Below are positions 13,743 to 25,933 of a DNA stretch of 64,000 nt, one piece after another. The notes under the pieces were generated by a model, which saw nothing but the letters and a program-made list of their open reading frames with translations, searched no databases and had not been told where the DNA came from. How positions within the stretch are numbered: the first letter of the stretch is position 1; the number at the start of each line of letters is the position of its first letter. Origin of the DNA: Azolla caroliniana. Taxonomy: Eukaryota > Plantae > Polypodiophyta. The DNA lies in NCBI GenBank assembly GCA_043228905.1, contig JBHGNT010000007.1, forward strand, positions 15,128,001 to 15,192,000, read 5' to 3'. Both the position numbers and the translations under genes were made by a program.

Positions 13743-15903
13743 CTCCCCCTCAAGCTCAACTCGAGGCTCTTTGGGATCCTCGGGCTCACAGCTCCGGTTC
13801 CTCCTGGCTTCACGCCTCGCTCGCGCTCCTCGACCTGTTCGACTCCGCGCGCTTTGACCCTTCCGGTCGGCTTGTCTGCTCATGTGGCCCTTATCAGCTC
13901 TTCTGCTGTTGCGGTGTTGATGCTTCTCCTGCTGCCTTTTCTTCCGCTTGGGCCTCGGTTGATTCAGTGTATCTGAATCAAACATCCGAACCGACTCGGC
14001 TACCTCTGATCGGTTTTCGCTCCCGTCCGAGTTGGCTATCTCCAACTCGTCTTCGGTCTTCTTGCCCTTGGTGGCGTCATCTTCCGCATGCGTGGTTGGC
14101 TTTGGCTCTCTCCTTCGGTTGCTCCCCTTCTGTCCGTGGGTCCGCCCTCGGCTTCTTCAGCCGATCCGAAGTCGAACTCGACAATCGAGTCAACAGCCGA
14201 GTCAACCGACTGGGTGTCGCGGCCTCCGCTCCTTTCCTGCTGCTTTGCTTGGTCGTTCGGGATTGTTCTCCCCCTCAAGTTTGGCACGTCGAGGTGACGC
14301 AATCCGAGCGCACCGGAGTTTTTACGCAACTTGTCCAGACCAAGGGGCTTAGTGAAGATGTCGGCAGTCTGCCGATCCGTCGGAACGTACTGAAGTTCGA
14401 CTTCACTGGAAAGGACACGCTCACGGACGAAATGGTAGTGCACCTCAATGTGCTTGGTCCGTGCGTGGAAAACGGGGTTTTTCGCGAGCTGGATGCTGCT
14501 AGGTTGTCACAGTAGATCGTCGTCGGATCTGACACCTCCTCTTGCAGGTCCTTAAGTAGCCGCTTCAACCATATGGCTTCGCATGTCAAGAAAGCCGCTC
14601 CTTGGTACTCAGCTTCGGTGCTCGACAGTGCAACTGTCGGCTGCTTCTTACTGCTCCACGCGATCGCGGCACTCCCGAGGGAGAACACGTATCCGAACGT
14701 GGATCGGCGATCGGCGGCGTTGCCAGCCCAATCAGCAGCTGTGTAGCCGACTAACTGCGCGGTTGCACCGGTCCCATATAGCAGTGCCCGGTCCTTAGTG
14801 CCGTTGACATACCGAAGTATGCGTTGCGCACACTGAAGGTGCTCCTCGGTAGGTTGCACCATGAATTGACTGATCACTCCGACCGGATAACTGAGGTCGG
14901 GTCGGGTGATGGTCAAGTATACGAGGCTTCCGACAATTTGTCGGAACCTCGTCGGGTCGCATTCTTTTCCCGTATCGGGACGAAGCTTGACGGTTCTATC
15001 CAGAGGAGTCGAGACGGACTTACAATTGGCCATCCCGAATTTGAAGAGCATTCTCAGCACGTAATGACGTTGGCTGATCAATATGCCTTCGGGGGTACGG
15101 ATCACTTCGATCCCGAGGAAGTAATGAAGGTCCCCCAGATCCTTCATGTTGAACGATGCCGCAAGTTGGAGCTTCACGCGGTCGATTTCACCTAGGTCGG
15201 CGCCGGTGATGACCAAGTCATCAACATATAGTAAAATACTAACCGGTCCGAGTCGACCTTTCCGGATGAACAAGGAAGAGTCCGATTTTGATGTGACGAA
15301 GCCCATCCGATGCAGTTGTTGTGTGATCTTCGCGTTCCAGGCACGCGGGGCTTGCTTCAATCCGTAAAGGGACTTCTTCAGTCGGCATACTACCGAGGAG
15401 TTCGTTCCAGAGTGAAATCTAGGGGGTTGTACCATGTACACCTGTTCCTCAAGGTCACCTTGCAGGAACGCATTCTTTACATCCATCTGATGTAAGTGCC
15501 ACCCCTTCACCGTAGCTACTGCGAGCAAAACACGGACGGTCATCATTTTCGCGACCGGCGCAAACGTCTCATCGTAGTCGATGCCGTGTTTCTGCGCGTA
15601 GCACTTTGCCACTAGCCGAGCCTTGTATCGGTTGACCAAGCCATCGGTGTTGTACTTGACCTTGTACACCCACCTACACCTGATCGGTTTTACCCCTCTT
15701 CGTGCGTTAACCAAGTCCCAGGTCTCGTTCTCCGCCAATGCGTGCATCTCTTCCTCCATCGCGGCACGCCAATTCGCGTCTTTAGCCGCTTCTACGTAGC
15801 TCTCTAGCTCACAAATTTGTGCCTTCCCGAGCTGCCAGGCTTCACAAATTTGTGCCTTTCGGCCACTAAAATTGGGCAATCCGAACACTACCGCAGATCT
15901 TGA
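13737..15903 (-). pseudogene. Copia B RT-RNase H plus charged C-terminal extension
   Basis: ORFs 14275-15936 ([29 protein letters not shown]), 14036-14443 and 13737-14045, linked by frameshifts. Confidence 0.9.
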
Positions 15904-16201
15904 TGTCAAATACAAGTGTATAATGGACGTATTCACACTATCCCTTTGTATAGATTAAGTTTGGGCCATTTGTGTAATTAGCATAAATGGTAGTTGCCCT
16001 AAGTCGGTCACTATATATAGTGACCTTGTAACCTTTTTGTATTGTTGGTTGTATTATTGTTTTCTATTGAATAGAAAGACTCTTTTGTGCCTCTCTCTCT
16101 CTCTCTCTTTGTGCACGATCTTGGAAGCTGTCATACGTAGGTATTCAAAACGAATCGAATGCTTCTTGATCTTCCGCATTGACGGCCTTCTCTCTCCAAC
16201 A
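15904..16201 (+). repeat. 5' LTR of Copia C
   Basis: TGTCAA...CCAACA, followed by TT-TGGTATCAGAGC. Confidence 0.97.
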
Positions 16202-16887
16202 TTTGGTATCAGAGCTTGGTTCCTCAACCCGCTGTCGGCCGTCATCACCGCCTGCACAACATTCGGTTTCTTGCGTCATTCGAAGAAGAGAGAAGAAGAA
16301 GAAAAACGAGGCTTGCATCTCATCGCGTTAGATCATCTTCGCTTGGAGTAAGCCAGCCGGTTGTACTCTGTTCCTTGTGATCGTAACCGCTCGAGGTGAA
16401 ATCCCCTTGTGCAACATTGACACGATCGTGCTCCACTCGGTTAAACGGCATCCGAAGAGGTCATCAAACGCTGCTCGCTGCTCATTGTAACCACTCGGTG
16501 CAGATCGGTCTCAAGACAACAACCCAAATTCGTGCTTCATCCGGCTGATCGACATTCGGGAGGATCAGTTGGATCCGTCTCTCTCGTCGCTGCAGTCACC
16601 CGAAGCAGAATCGGTCCAGACAATCGGTTTCAATAATCGGTATTCGGCATATATATTCGGAAGCAAACCGGGCTCACTCCGACTCGGCAACATTCGGGAA
16701 GACCAGTCGGTTCTGTCCCTCAAGTTACCGGAGTCAATTCGAGCAAGTTCAACAATACATATATCCGAAGCCGAACCGACTCGGGTTCAAATCCGACTAG
16801 AACGATATCGGGTGAGCCAACCGGCTGCACTCCAACAAGGTTCGTAGTCAACTCCGAACCGAGCTTCGTCAACCGAAACCAAATTTG

Positions 16888-19800
16888 ATGGCATCAACAT
16901 CCGGCTCGTCAGAAATGAGTCTACGAAAGTTCGATGGATCGAACTTCAACTTCTGGAAGGAGCAGATGCAGGACTATCTCATAGTCAAGGGGCAAATCGA
17001 TCCCATCGAAAATGAAGAACCTCCAGAAGGATACAAACCAATTGAGTGGCAGAAGCTGGACAGAATCGTCCGCGCCACGATTTGGATGCACCTATCGGAA
17101 TCGGTATACTTTACGGTGCAATCGTGTACGACAGCATTCGAACTGTGGAAAACACTGTCGGACACCTACGAAAAGAAGGTCGCTGCAACGAAGATGTTCC
17201 TGATCCGGCGCCTCTACAACTTGCGGATGAAAGAATCAGATTCGGTTCAAGCACATCTCAATGAGTACGAAAGCATAAGCTCCCAAATCTCATCTCAGGG
17301 GACGGCAATCGAGGATGAACTCAGAGCAATGATACTCATGAGCAACCTTCCCTCATCATGGGAAACCTTCGTCACAACCGTGTGCAACGCGTCAACCACG
17401 GCTGTTAAATACTCCGAAGTCACGAGCGCAATCCTGACCGAAGCAGCTCGGAGAAAGTCTTTCGCCAAAGACTCAACAGACGATGCTTATGTAGTACAAG
17501 GTTCGACAGACCGATCGAACATACGAGGAAGAGATTCCTCACGGCAGCCGAACAATCAGCGAAGACGGAGCCAGTCACGGGATAACCGAATCTGCAACTA
17601 TTGCAAGAAACCCGGACACATCAAAGCCGACTGCCGCGCACTCAAGAACAAGAACGACAAGTCTCAGAAATCAGACAAGAAGAGTGGCCGGCATGAGGAG
17701 ATCAATTACGTCAGCTTCTCAGCTGATGTGCTACCAAACGACCCGAATATACTATCAATCGAAAATCCAGTCGGATCAGAAGTTCTGCTCACGACTGAAG
17801 AATCGAGCACATGGCTCTTAGATTCGGGTGCGTCATTTCACGTGACTCCTCATCGATCCCAATTTCGGCAATATACGATCCGTCACTCCGACTCAGTTCG
17901 AGTCGGCAACTCGCAACACTGCGACATCATCGGAATCGGCACAGTAGAGCTCAACCTTGCAGGTGGCTCTACACTTGTACTTCACAATGTCCGACATGTA
18001 CCCGAGCTCTCAAGGCCATTGATCTCAGTCGAACAACTAGATGAAGACGGCATTCGTGCCGGTTTTTCTTCGGGAGGGTGGACACTCCACAGGGGGAACC
18101 TCCTGCTTGCTAGAGGACCCAAGATACACTCACTGTATCCGTTACATGTTACGCTCAGAGAGGGTAACCTGTTTTTGGTGGATATTCCTGTGTCATCACT
18201 ATGGCACAGAAGATTAGGACACCTCAGCAAGGCCGGCATTACGCACCTATCTAGAGCCGGATACATCCCTAAACTCTCCTTCTCGGACCATCAATTCTGC
18301 GAACATTGCCAGTATGGCAAACAGGCAGCCGCATCACACCCGACATCAGCACCAAGAGAAACGAGACCTCTCGATTTAGTCCACTCGGACGTCTGTGGCC
18401 CAATGCCGCATCAGTCTCTCGGCGGTGCCTCTTACTTCGTCAGTTTTATTGACGATTCGACTCGAAAGGTGTGGGCTTATCCAATTCGCACCAAAGATCG
18501 TGTCTTCTCGATCTTCTCCGATTGGCTCGCTATGGTGGAAAATCAAACTGACCGAAAACTGAAATGCTTTCGGACCGACAATGGGGGAGAGTTCAAATCC
18601 GAAGAATTCGTCAAATTCTGCCGACAACGCGGCATCCGACGTGAATTTACGGCACCACACAGTCCGGAGCAAAACGGGATTGCAGAATGCATGAATCGGA
18701 CAATCCAAGAATGGATAGTTTCCATGCTCCAACACTCCAGACTGTCGGATGGCTTCTGGGCAGAGGCTCTACTCACGGCAGTACACATAATCAATATGTC
18801 GCCAAGGAGACCTCTAGGACTTCAAATTCCTTAGGAACTATGGATCGGCAGTAAGCCGAATTACGACAAGCTGAGGATCTTCGGATGCGAGGCGTACGCC
18901 GTTATTCCGAAAGATGATCGCCGAAAACTTGCACCTCGGTCCAGGAAATGCATTTTCCTTGGATATGGATCAAACGGCGAAATGGGATACCGACTCTGGG
19001 ACCCCGAACGCAGACAAATCGTTCGAAGTTCAGACGTTGTGTTCAATGAGTCGGCTATGACTCCATCAGTCGAAACACCGATCGAAGTCCGAAGGGTAAC
19101 ATTTTCCGATGTGCCGACCCTTCAAGAAGGCCCCGCTCTTAACACACGGTCAGCTTCACGGGTAGCTGAACCTTACACTACCGACTCGGACAACTCCGAC
19201 TCGACACAGCAGAATAACTCGCTTCCGGACCATCCGACCTCGATACCCGATACGACCAGTCCAATCATACCTCGACGATCCGAGAGACTGTCGCAACCTC
19301 TGGAGAGGTATTCTCCTGGAATTTTCTTCACCGACGCCGGCGAACCGACGTCTTACGAAGAAGCATCGACATCTGTCGATTCAGCCACCTGGCATCTGGC
19401 GATGGAGTCGGAAATGCACTCCATTCGGGCAAACAAGACTTGGGACCTGGTCGAATTACCTAAGAATCGACGTGCTCTTCCTTGCAAGTGGGTCTATCGA
19501 CTAAAAGAGACGTCTGATTCGACCACCCCAAAGTACAAGGCCAGATTAGTTGCGAAGGGCTTCCGACAAGAATATGGCGTCGACTTCGACGAGATTTTTT
19601 CACCAGTGGTGAAAATGACAACCCTTCGTTTTCTACTCGGCGTAGTGGCAGCCGACAACTTGGAGCTGATTCAGCTAGATGTCAAAACAGCCTTCCTCCA
19701 TGGTGATCTTGAAGAGGAAATTTATATGGAGCAGCCAAAAGGCTTCGTGGCAACTGGCCAAGAACATCTAGTCTGCCGACTCAGGAAGAGTCTATACGGC

Positions 19801-20919
19801 CTCAAACAGGCACCGCGACAATGGTACAAGAAGTTGGACGACTTCATCCAATCGATCGGCTTCTCAAAAAGCGATGAGGACCATTGTCTTTTTACCAACA
19901 CGGCTCAAGATGGATCACCCATCTTCCTCATCATTTACGTGGACGACATGCTAATTTCTGGACGCCACGTAGGCGAACTTGCCGATCTCATTCGGCAATT
20001 GCGGTTGAAGTTTGCCATGAAGGACCTCGGTCCGGCACGACACATACTCGGCATGAAGATTAGTCGGGATCGTGATAAACGACATCTTTTTTTGTCCCAG
20101 ACCGACTATATCGGACGTGTCTTGGAACGCTTCAACATGCAATCAGCCAAATCTGCTTCAACCCCGCTCCCCATGAATCTTCGGCTCTCTCAGCGAGACT
20201 GCCCGACATCCGGTTCGGAGGGGGAAGATATGAAGTCGGTACCGTATGCACCGGCAGTCGGCTCCCTTATGTACCTGATGGTCGCGACACGGCCTGATAT
20301 CTCTCATGCCGTAGGAGTCGTTAGCAGATTTATGCACAATCCTGGCCGATCGCATTGGAACGCAGTCAAGCATGTGTTCAGATATCTGGCTGGCACAAAA
20401 GACCACGGCATTCTTTTCGGTCCGAACTCAACCTCAGGCATAGTCGGTTACACCGACTCGGATTTCGCCGGCTGTATAGACAGTCGGAAATCAACAACCG
20501 GATACTGCTTCAAATTCGGCAATGGAGCAATTTCGTGGAAGTCGAAACTTCAGGAGTGCACAGCGACCTCAACGACCGAAGCAGAATATGTAGCTGCGTC
20601 CGACGCTGCAAAAGAAGCTTTGTGGCTCGGCCGGCTGGCGCACACGTTTCGGCAAGTCGACCATGACTCGGCCCCAGTTGTCTATAGCGACAGTCAAGGT
20701 GTTGTTGCCCTGTCGAAAAATCCGGTTCACCACAACGCCTCCAAACATATCGACGTTCGATATCACTTCGTTCGGGACTGCGTCATTTCAGGGAAAATCG
20801 GTCTAGAGAAAATATCCACAACCGACAATGTCGCAGATGGAATGACCAAGTGTCTTTCGGCAGACCGCTTTCGGTCTCTTCGGCATCAGATGGGCGTAAC
20901 GACAAACCAGTCCGGTTAG
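16888..20919 (+). pseudogene. Copia C gag-pol polyprotein, single frame with one premature stop (TAG 18832-18834)
   Basis: ORFs 16885-18834 and 18982-20919 are in the same frame and the gap reads ELWIGSKPNYDKLRIFGCEAY. Motifs CNYCKKPGHIKADC, LLDSGASFH, HSDVCGP, YVDDML, YTDSDFAG. Confidence 0.95.
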
Positions 20920-21113
20920 AGCCGGACACAGCGCAGGATGGTTTCAGACAACCGACATCAGTTCCTTAATGATCGACTTCAACTCTTCCGACCCGACCAG
21001 TTCGGTCTTCTGCCTTCGGACCCTGCCGACTCAAACAAAAACTGATATGTCCGAGAACCTAGGTTTATACCTGTAATCTTAGATAACCCATGTATACGCC
21101 CATTACGGGGGAG

Positions 21114-21411
21114 TGTCAAATACAAGTGTATAATGGACGTATTCACACTATCCCTTTGTATAGATTAAGTTTGGGCCATTTGTGTAATTAGCATAAATGG
21201 TAGTTGCCCTAAGTCGGTCACTATATATAGTGACCTTGTAACCTTTTTGTATTGTTGGTTGTATTATTGTTTTCTATTGAATAGAAAGACTCTTTTGTGC
21301 CTCTCTCTCTCTCTCTCTCTGTGCACGATCTTGGAAGCTGTCATACGCAGGTATTCAAAACGAATCGAATGCTTCTTGATCTTCCGCATTGACGGCCTTC
21401 TCTCTCCAACA
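21114..21411 (+). repeat. 3' LTR of Copia C
   Basis: Matches 15904-16201 at all but 2 positions. Confidence 0.97.
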
Positions 21412-22834
21412 CTTGAAGCCGCTGGTAGTTGACGTGGCCTATCCGCTTGTGCCACAAGTCGATGTCTGACTCGGTTTTTCTTCCCTTTGCGAACATTGCG
21501 GTGCCGCCGTCAGTGGAGTTGAGGATGAACATCCTCCCGTCTTTGCGCCCTTGCGCAATCACACGGCCTTCTTCCTCAATGAAGCACCCGAGGTGTGTAA
21601 ACCGAACCTCCATCCCTTGGTCGACAATCTGTCGGACCGAGACCAAGTTCTTCGTGATTGTCGGAACGTGCAACACGTTCATCAGTTTCCCTTTCTGCCC
21701 GACATGGCTAAGGGGAACTTCTTCGACATTCGCGATCGGATGCGGAGTGTCGTCTCCAGTTGCGACTACTCCAGGTTGTATCGGTTTTTCAAGGTACGAG
21801 AACCACTCCTTATGGCTCGTCATGTGGTTTGACGCGCCAGAGTCTACGTACCACACCTCGTCCGATCTCGGGGTGATCCATTTCATTGACTTTGCTTCGT
21901 GTCTCGTCACAAAGGCAGACCCTTCTCTGGCTCTCCTGGAGTCTTCGGCGTAATGTGATTGTTGCCGATTTCACTTGTCGGTATGTCCGGAGCCGTTTCC
22001 GGAACCGGTTCTCTCCGAATCGGCGCGCTTCTTCCAACACTCACTTTCCCTGTGGCCTTTCTTGCCACAGTACTAGCACTCCGCGATGGCCTTCCCTTGC
22101 CGGTTCTCATCGCTTCGACTCCCCCTGTTTCCGGAGGGTCCGGAGTTGCTGTCGGCATCACTTCGGTGCCATCTTCCTTGATCTCGTCGGCCTCCACGTC
22201 CACAGGGCCTATCTCCCTCCATGTACATCATTCTGCTGTCGGTGTGCGTGCTTGTAGACGCACCCGCGTGGTTCTCCTCTACTAGGAGCATTGACTGTAA
22301 GTCGAAAAAGGACGGCGTATTCTCCCGGGTACACACAGCCGTCCGGAACGCTCCGAACTTCAACGCCAAACCTCCGAGACAGATCTAGACCATCTCGCTC
22401 TCCTCGATGTTCACCTCTATGGAGGCGAGGGAGTCGCAGATATCCTTGATCTTCGAGGTATAGTCCGCCACCGACAAGTCGCGTTGTCGTAGGTTGCTCA
22501 ACTCCTGTCGGAGCTGAAGCTTCCTGGCTGTGGCGCTCGCGGCGAAGATCTTCTTTAGATTTTCCCACGCACCCTTCGGCGTCTTTGCATCCCGGACATA
22601 GCTCAATAGCTATTCGCCCACACACGACGCGAAGCAGTATAATACCCTGCTCGCCGATTGCTCCCACGACGGGAAGTCTCTATGTGTCGATTCGGGTGCT
22701 GCGTCATTAGCTCCTTCGACATAACTCCAATAGTCGTGCCCGAGCAGGTACTGGTGCATCTTGTAAGACCAAGACGCGTAGTTGGTTCTGTCGAGCTTCT
22801 CTATTGGAAGCGAGCTCGCCATGCCTCTATCCAT
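21412..22834 (-). pseudogene. Copia B gag-protease (5' part)
   Basis: MDRGMASSLPIEKLDRTNYASW, WYVDSGASNHM, LWHKRIGHVN; contains stops and frameshifts. Confidence 0.9.
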
Positions 22835-22906
22835 CGTTCTTCTTGTTCTTCTTCGTCAAGTTGTGTCGGCTGCAGAGAGGTTCTCAACCCTCGCGCTCTG
22901 ATACCA

Positions 22907-23309
22907 TGTAAGAAGTAACGTGCGGAGGCAAGTATGAAGACGGAACAGAAGGAAGAAAACTCAGGTTTAATGGAGAGCTTGAGCTTATGCAGTATACTCG
23001 GGAGAGACAGAGAGAGTGAGAGAGAGAAAACACAAGAACTATATTCAACAAAAGATCTCGATTCACTACTCTATACATATGTGTGTTCCATGAACACTTT
23101 TATACAAGTCCTCGAAGGACTGACTGAAGTACTGATCGTACTTCAATGCTCTTTAAGAGCCCCTACACTAACTCCCAAATATATTCCTCACGGAATATCT
23201 TTCCTAACGGCCTCCCGGTTTACGCACTCGGCCTAACCGATCGGTCCCAACCGATCCGGTCCTCGGCTTCTTCAGCCGATCCGGCCGATGTTGAGCTTGT
23301 CTCTCAACA
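22907..23309 (-). repeat. 5' LTR of Copia B
   Basis: Adjacent to PBS 22895-22906. Confidence 0.95.
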
Positions 23310-23314
23310 GTAAT

Positions 23315-24218
23315 TTAGACTCCGGCCGGCATTATGATATCTCAATGACACTACATTCTCAACTTGTTATACAAGTTTCGGATGACTGAGTGCAAATCGG
23401 TCGCTACGCCTCTCGATCGAAACCTCAAACTAGATGCTGACTGCAACACTGACGAGTGGGAGCCGACCCAATATTGTCAACTGATCGGGAGCCTCATCTA
23501 TCTCACGATCACTCGACCTGACCTTAGCTATCCAGTCAGACTCCTCAACCAATTCATGCAAAAACCACGAGACATTCACTTGGATTGCGCTAAACAAGTA
23601 TTACGATACGTGAGTGGCACAATGGATTACGACATTCTCTACGCATCGGCCACACCAATACGACTCGAAGGGTACATAGTCGCGGACTGGGCAGGCTACA
23701 AAGCTAATTGATGATCGACCTCTGGATTTGCCTGCTCGCTTGGTAGCGGAGCAATATCTTGGAGTAGTAAGAAGCAACCTACCGTCGCACTTTCGAGTAC
23801 GGAGGCCGAATACAGGGGCGCAACTGTAGGTGCATGTGAAGCTGTATGGCTCAAGAGGATTTTGAAGGATCTGGGCGTTCCCATCAAGGATCCGACTCCC
23901 ATTTACTGCGACAATATGAGTAGTATATATCTGGCTTGGAACCCGGTGTTCCACCCGCGCACAAAGCATATCGAAGTGCACTATCACTTCATTCAAGAGC
24001 GCGTACAGGCCGGAGATTTCGACCTTCAACACATCAACATGAATCTTCAGACGGACGACATCTTCACCAAAGCCTTAGGAGCCAACAAGCTTCGGCAATT
24101 CATGTCAGACCTTGGATTGACGATCCTTGACTTGTCAAGCTTGAGGGGGAGTACAAGCGAGAACCGGATACCGTCTGAACCGGGTACGAGCCAAAGTGAA
24201 CACCAGAGATCGTCTTAA
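23315..24218 (+). pseudogene. Copia A RT end and RNase H (3' part)
   Basis: Continues in frame from 13339; LIYLTITRPDL, YCDNMSSI, TKHIEVHYHF. Confidence 0.9.
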
Positions 24219-24282
24219 GTGGATACCAACTGAAGCGGACATCAATCGAAAGGAACCAACCCGAGTTGAGCTTGAGGGGGTG

Positions 24283-24742
24283 TGTTGAGAATCAAGTTGA
24301 ATATAGCACATTGTGTGAACACACGTTTTGAGAATCTATGATTACTCAAAGGTCTAGGGTCACACCACTACTCTCTACACATTAACTATGTGTCATAGAA
24401 TCATATTCTATGACACATAACTAATGAGTTACATTATTCCCCATGACTATGAGTCTTCATATTCCCCAAGAGAGAGAGAGAGTGGTTGTTGTAAGTTAAT
24501 GAAGAGAGAGGGTTACTCTATATAAAGCACCCTCCTCATACTTCATACTAAGTCAGTTGTGACTCCTTATTATGCTACATTTTGTAATTCTTATTCTACT
24601 TGTGAAATATACACCTTCCTTCTTCGTGAGTATTCCTTTTTCTACCTATCATGTGTTCTCTCATCTCTCCTCTAATTCCTCTCACACATACACATAACAC
24701 ACATCTCTTCCGCTATACAAGAATCATACCCGATTCTTTACA
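24283..24742 (+). repeat. 3' LTR of Copia A
   Basis: Homologous to 9431-9883; followed by TSD GATGT. Confidence 0.95.
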
Positions 24743-25097
24743 GATGTATTCACATTGTCCCATTGGACAGACTAGGTTTTGGCCATATATGTAAATATTG
24801 TAAAGGACAACTACCCTAGTTCAGCTCATATATAAACTGAACTTGTAACATAGTCCAAAAATGATGTTGAGAGTTGTTGTGCCATATTGTAACGTTTGGA
24901 GAATAATACAGTTACAATGATTTGTGCCTCTATGTCTGTCTTTGCCCTTTTTGCCCTATCTTGATCTTGTTTTTGCTACAGTTCCCTTTATATTCTTGTC
25001 AATTTGTACTTGCTAACTTTGGTAACCATCAACTTGAAGATCTCCACCGTATAGGGCGTTGGTTTTGTTCTGCACTGATGGCCGTGCTTCCAACATC

Positions 25098-25830
25098 TGG
25101 TATCAAAGGTTGGTTTTGATTCTGTGCCAGAGCATCATCTCAATTTCATTAGCACTCCTCTGGTACCTCCATCAAGATCTTTCAGATTGATTTGTTTGTA
25201 GGAACAGATTATGAGCTTTCAGTCGAACTTAAATCTTCTCGTTGGTAACTTCCACAAGATCATACTTTATGAGAGGAAACGCCTGCAAATCTGACTCCAT
25301 AGAGCTAGATCACCCCTAAACTAAGCTAGTTGGCTGCACTATGTCTTTTTGATTGTAGCCGCTTGAAGTGGGATTTTTATCAGAGCAACCTCACTCGTGC
25401 TTCATCAGGTTAGGTGGCAATCGAACAGGTCAGTCAATGTTGTTCACTCGTCTACTGTAACCACTTGAAGCAGATCTGGCCTCAAGCCCAAACTCGTCCA
25501 AGCTCCATTTGGTTAGGCGATATTCGAACAGACCAATCAATGTAGGATTGGCATTAGAACCAACACAATTAGCACTCAATCCGTGATTAGCTTTGAAATT
25601 GACCCTTGGAATCAGATTGACAATAACTTTGCTCAATCGGCTAGGCAATATCCATGAACTTGACCATTCGGCTTTACTTGTCACTCTCTGTAGCAACCTT
25701 GAACAAGTTTAGCAACTCCATTGCCATTCAGAACCTAATCAATTAATCAATCAATGAACTCGAGTTTGATCCAGCTAGGTACAAAATTAGTCATAGCCAC
25801 TTCGGGTAAAACGTAACGATAACTGAAGCC
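25098..25830 (+). mobile_element. PBS and 5' UTR remnant of Copia D (truncated; right end approximate)
   Basis: TGGTATCAAAG at 25098; patches similar to the C leader (e.g. TCGTGCTTCATC). Confidence 0.6.
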
Positions 25831-25933
25831 AATTCGACTCGTGTGCTACATTCCTATTTTAGTAAATAGGAATATCTTAGGGAGTTAGTGTCAGATGCTC
25901 ATTCTTGAGCATTCAAGTATGTGTCAATTCTTG

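Larger units (their letters stand above)
15904..21411 (+). mobile_element. Copia C (Tork-like), young, inserted in B
   Basis: 298-bp LTRs 15904-16201 and 21114-21411 (2 differences); TSD CTTGA (15899-15903 / 21412-21416); PBS-iMet 16204-16215; PPT GGGGGAG ending at 21113. Confidence 0.98.
13340..23309 (-). mobile_element. Copia B inserted in the RT of A; integrase core deleted; hosts C
   Basis: 403-bp LTRs 13340-13742 and 22907-23309 (7 differences counted, all transitions); TSD GTAAT (13335-13339 / 23310-23314); PBS-iMet 22895-22906; PPT 13743-13753. Confidence 0.97.
9431..24742 (+). mobile_element. Copia A, full-length but decayed; hosts B and C
   Basis: LTRs 9431-9883 and 24283-24742 (roughly 95-96% identical); TSD GATGT (9426-9430 / 24743-24747); PBS TGGTGTCAGAGC at 9884-9895; PPT near 24272-24282. 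Confidence 0.95.
9404..25095 (+). repeat. 5' LTR of old Copia D (C-family relative), split by Copia A into 9404-9430 and 24748-25095
   Basis: Joined sequence TGTCGAATACAGGCTTATAATGGATGT|ATTCACATTG aligns with the C LTR TGTCAAATACAAGTGTATAATGGACGTATTCACACTA; ends CCAACA. Confidence 0.8.

Noticed and set aside
13721-14515. 264-aa plus-strand ORF as an extra or env-like gene
   Set aside because: Antisense shadow of the GC-rich B RNase H/tail; starts inside the LTR and has no recognisable domain.
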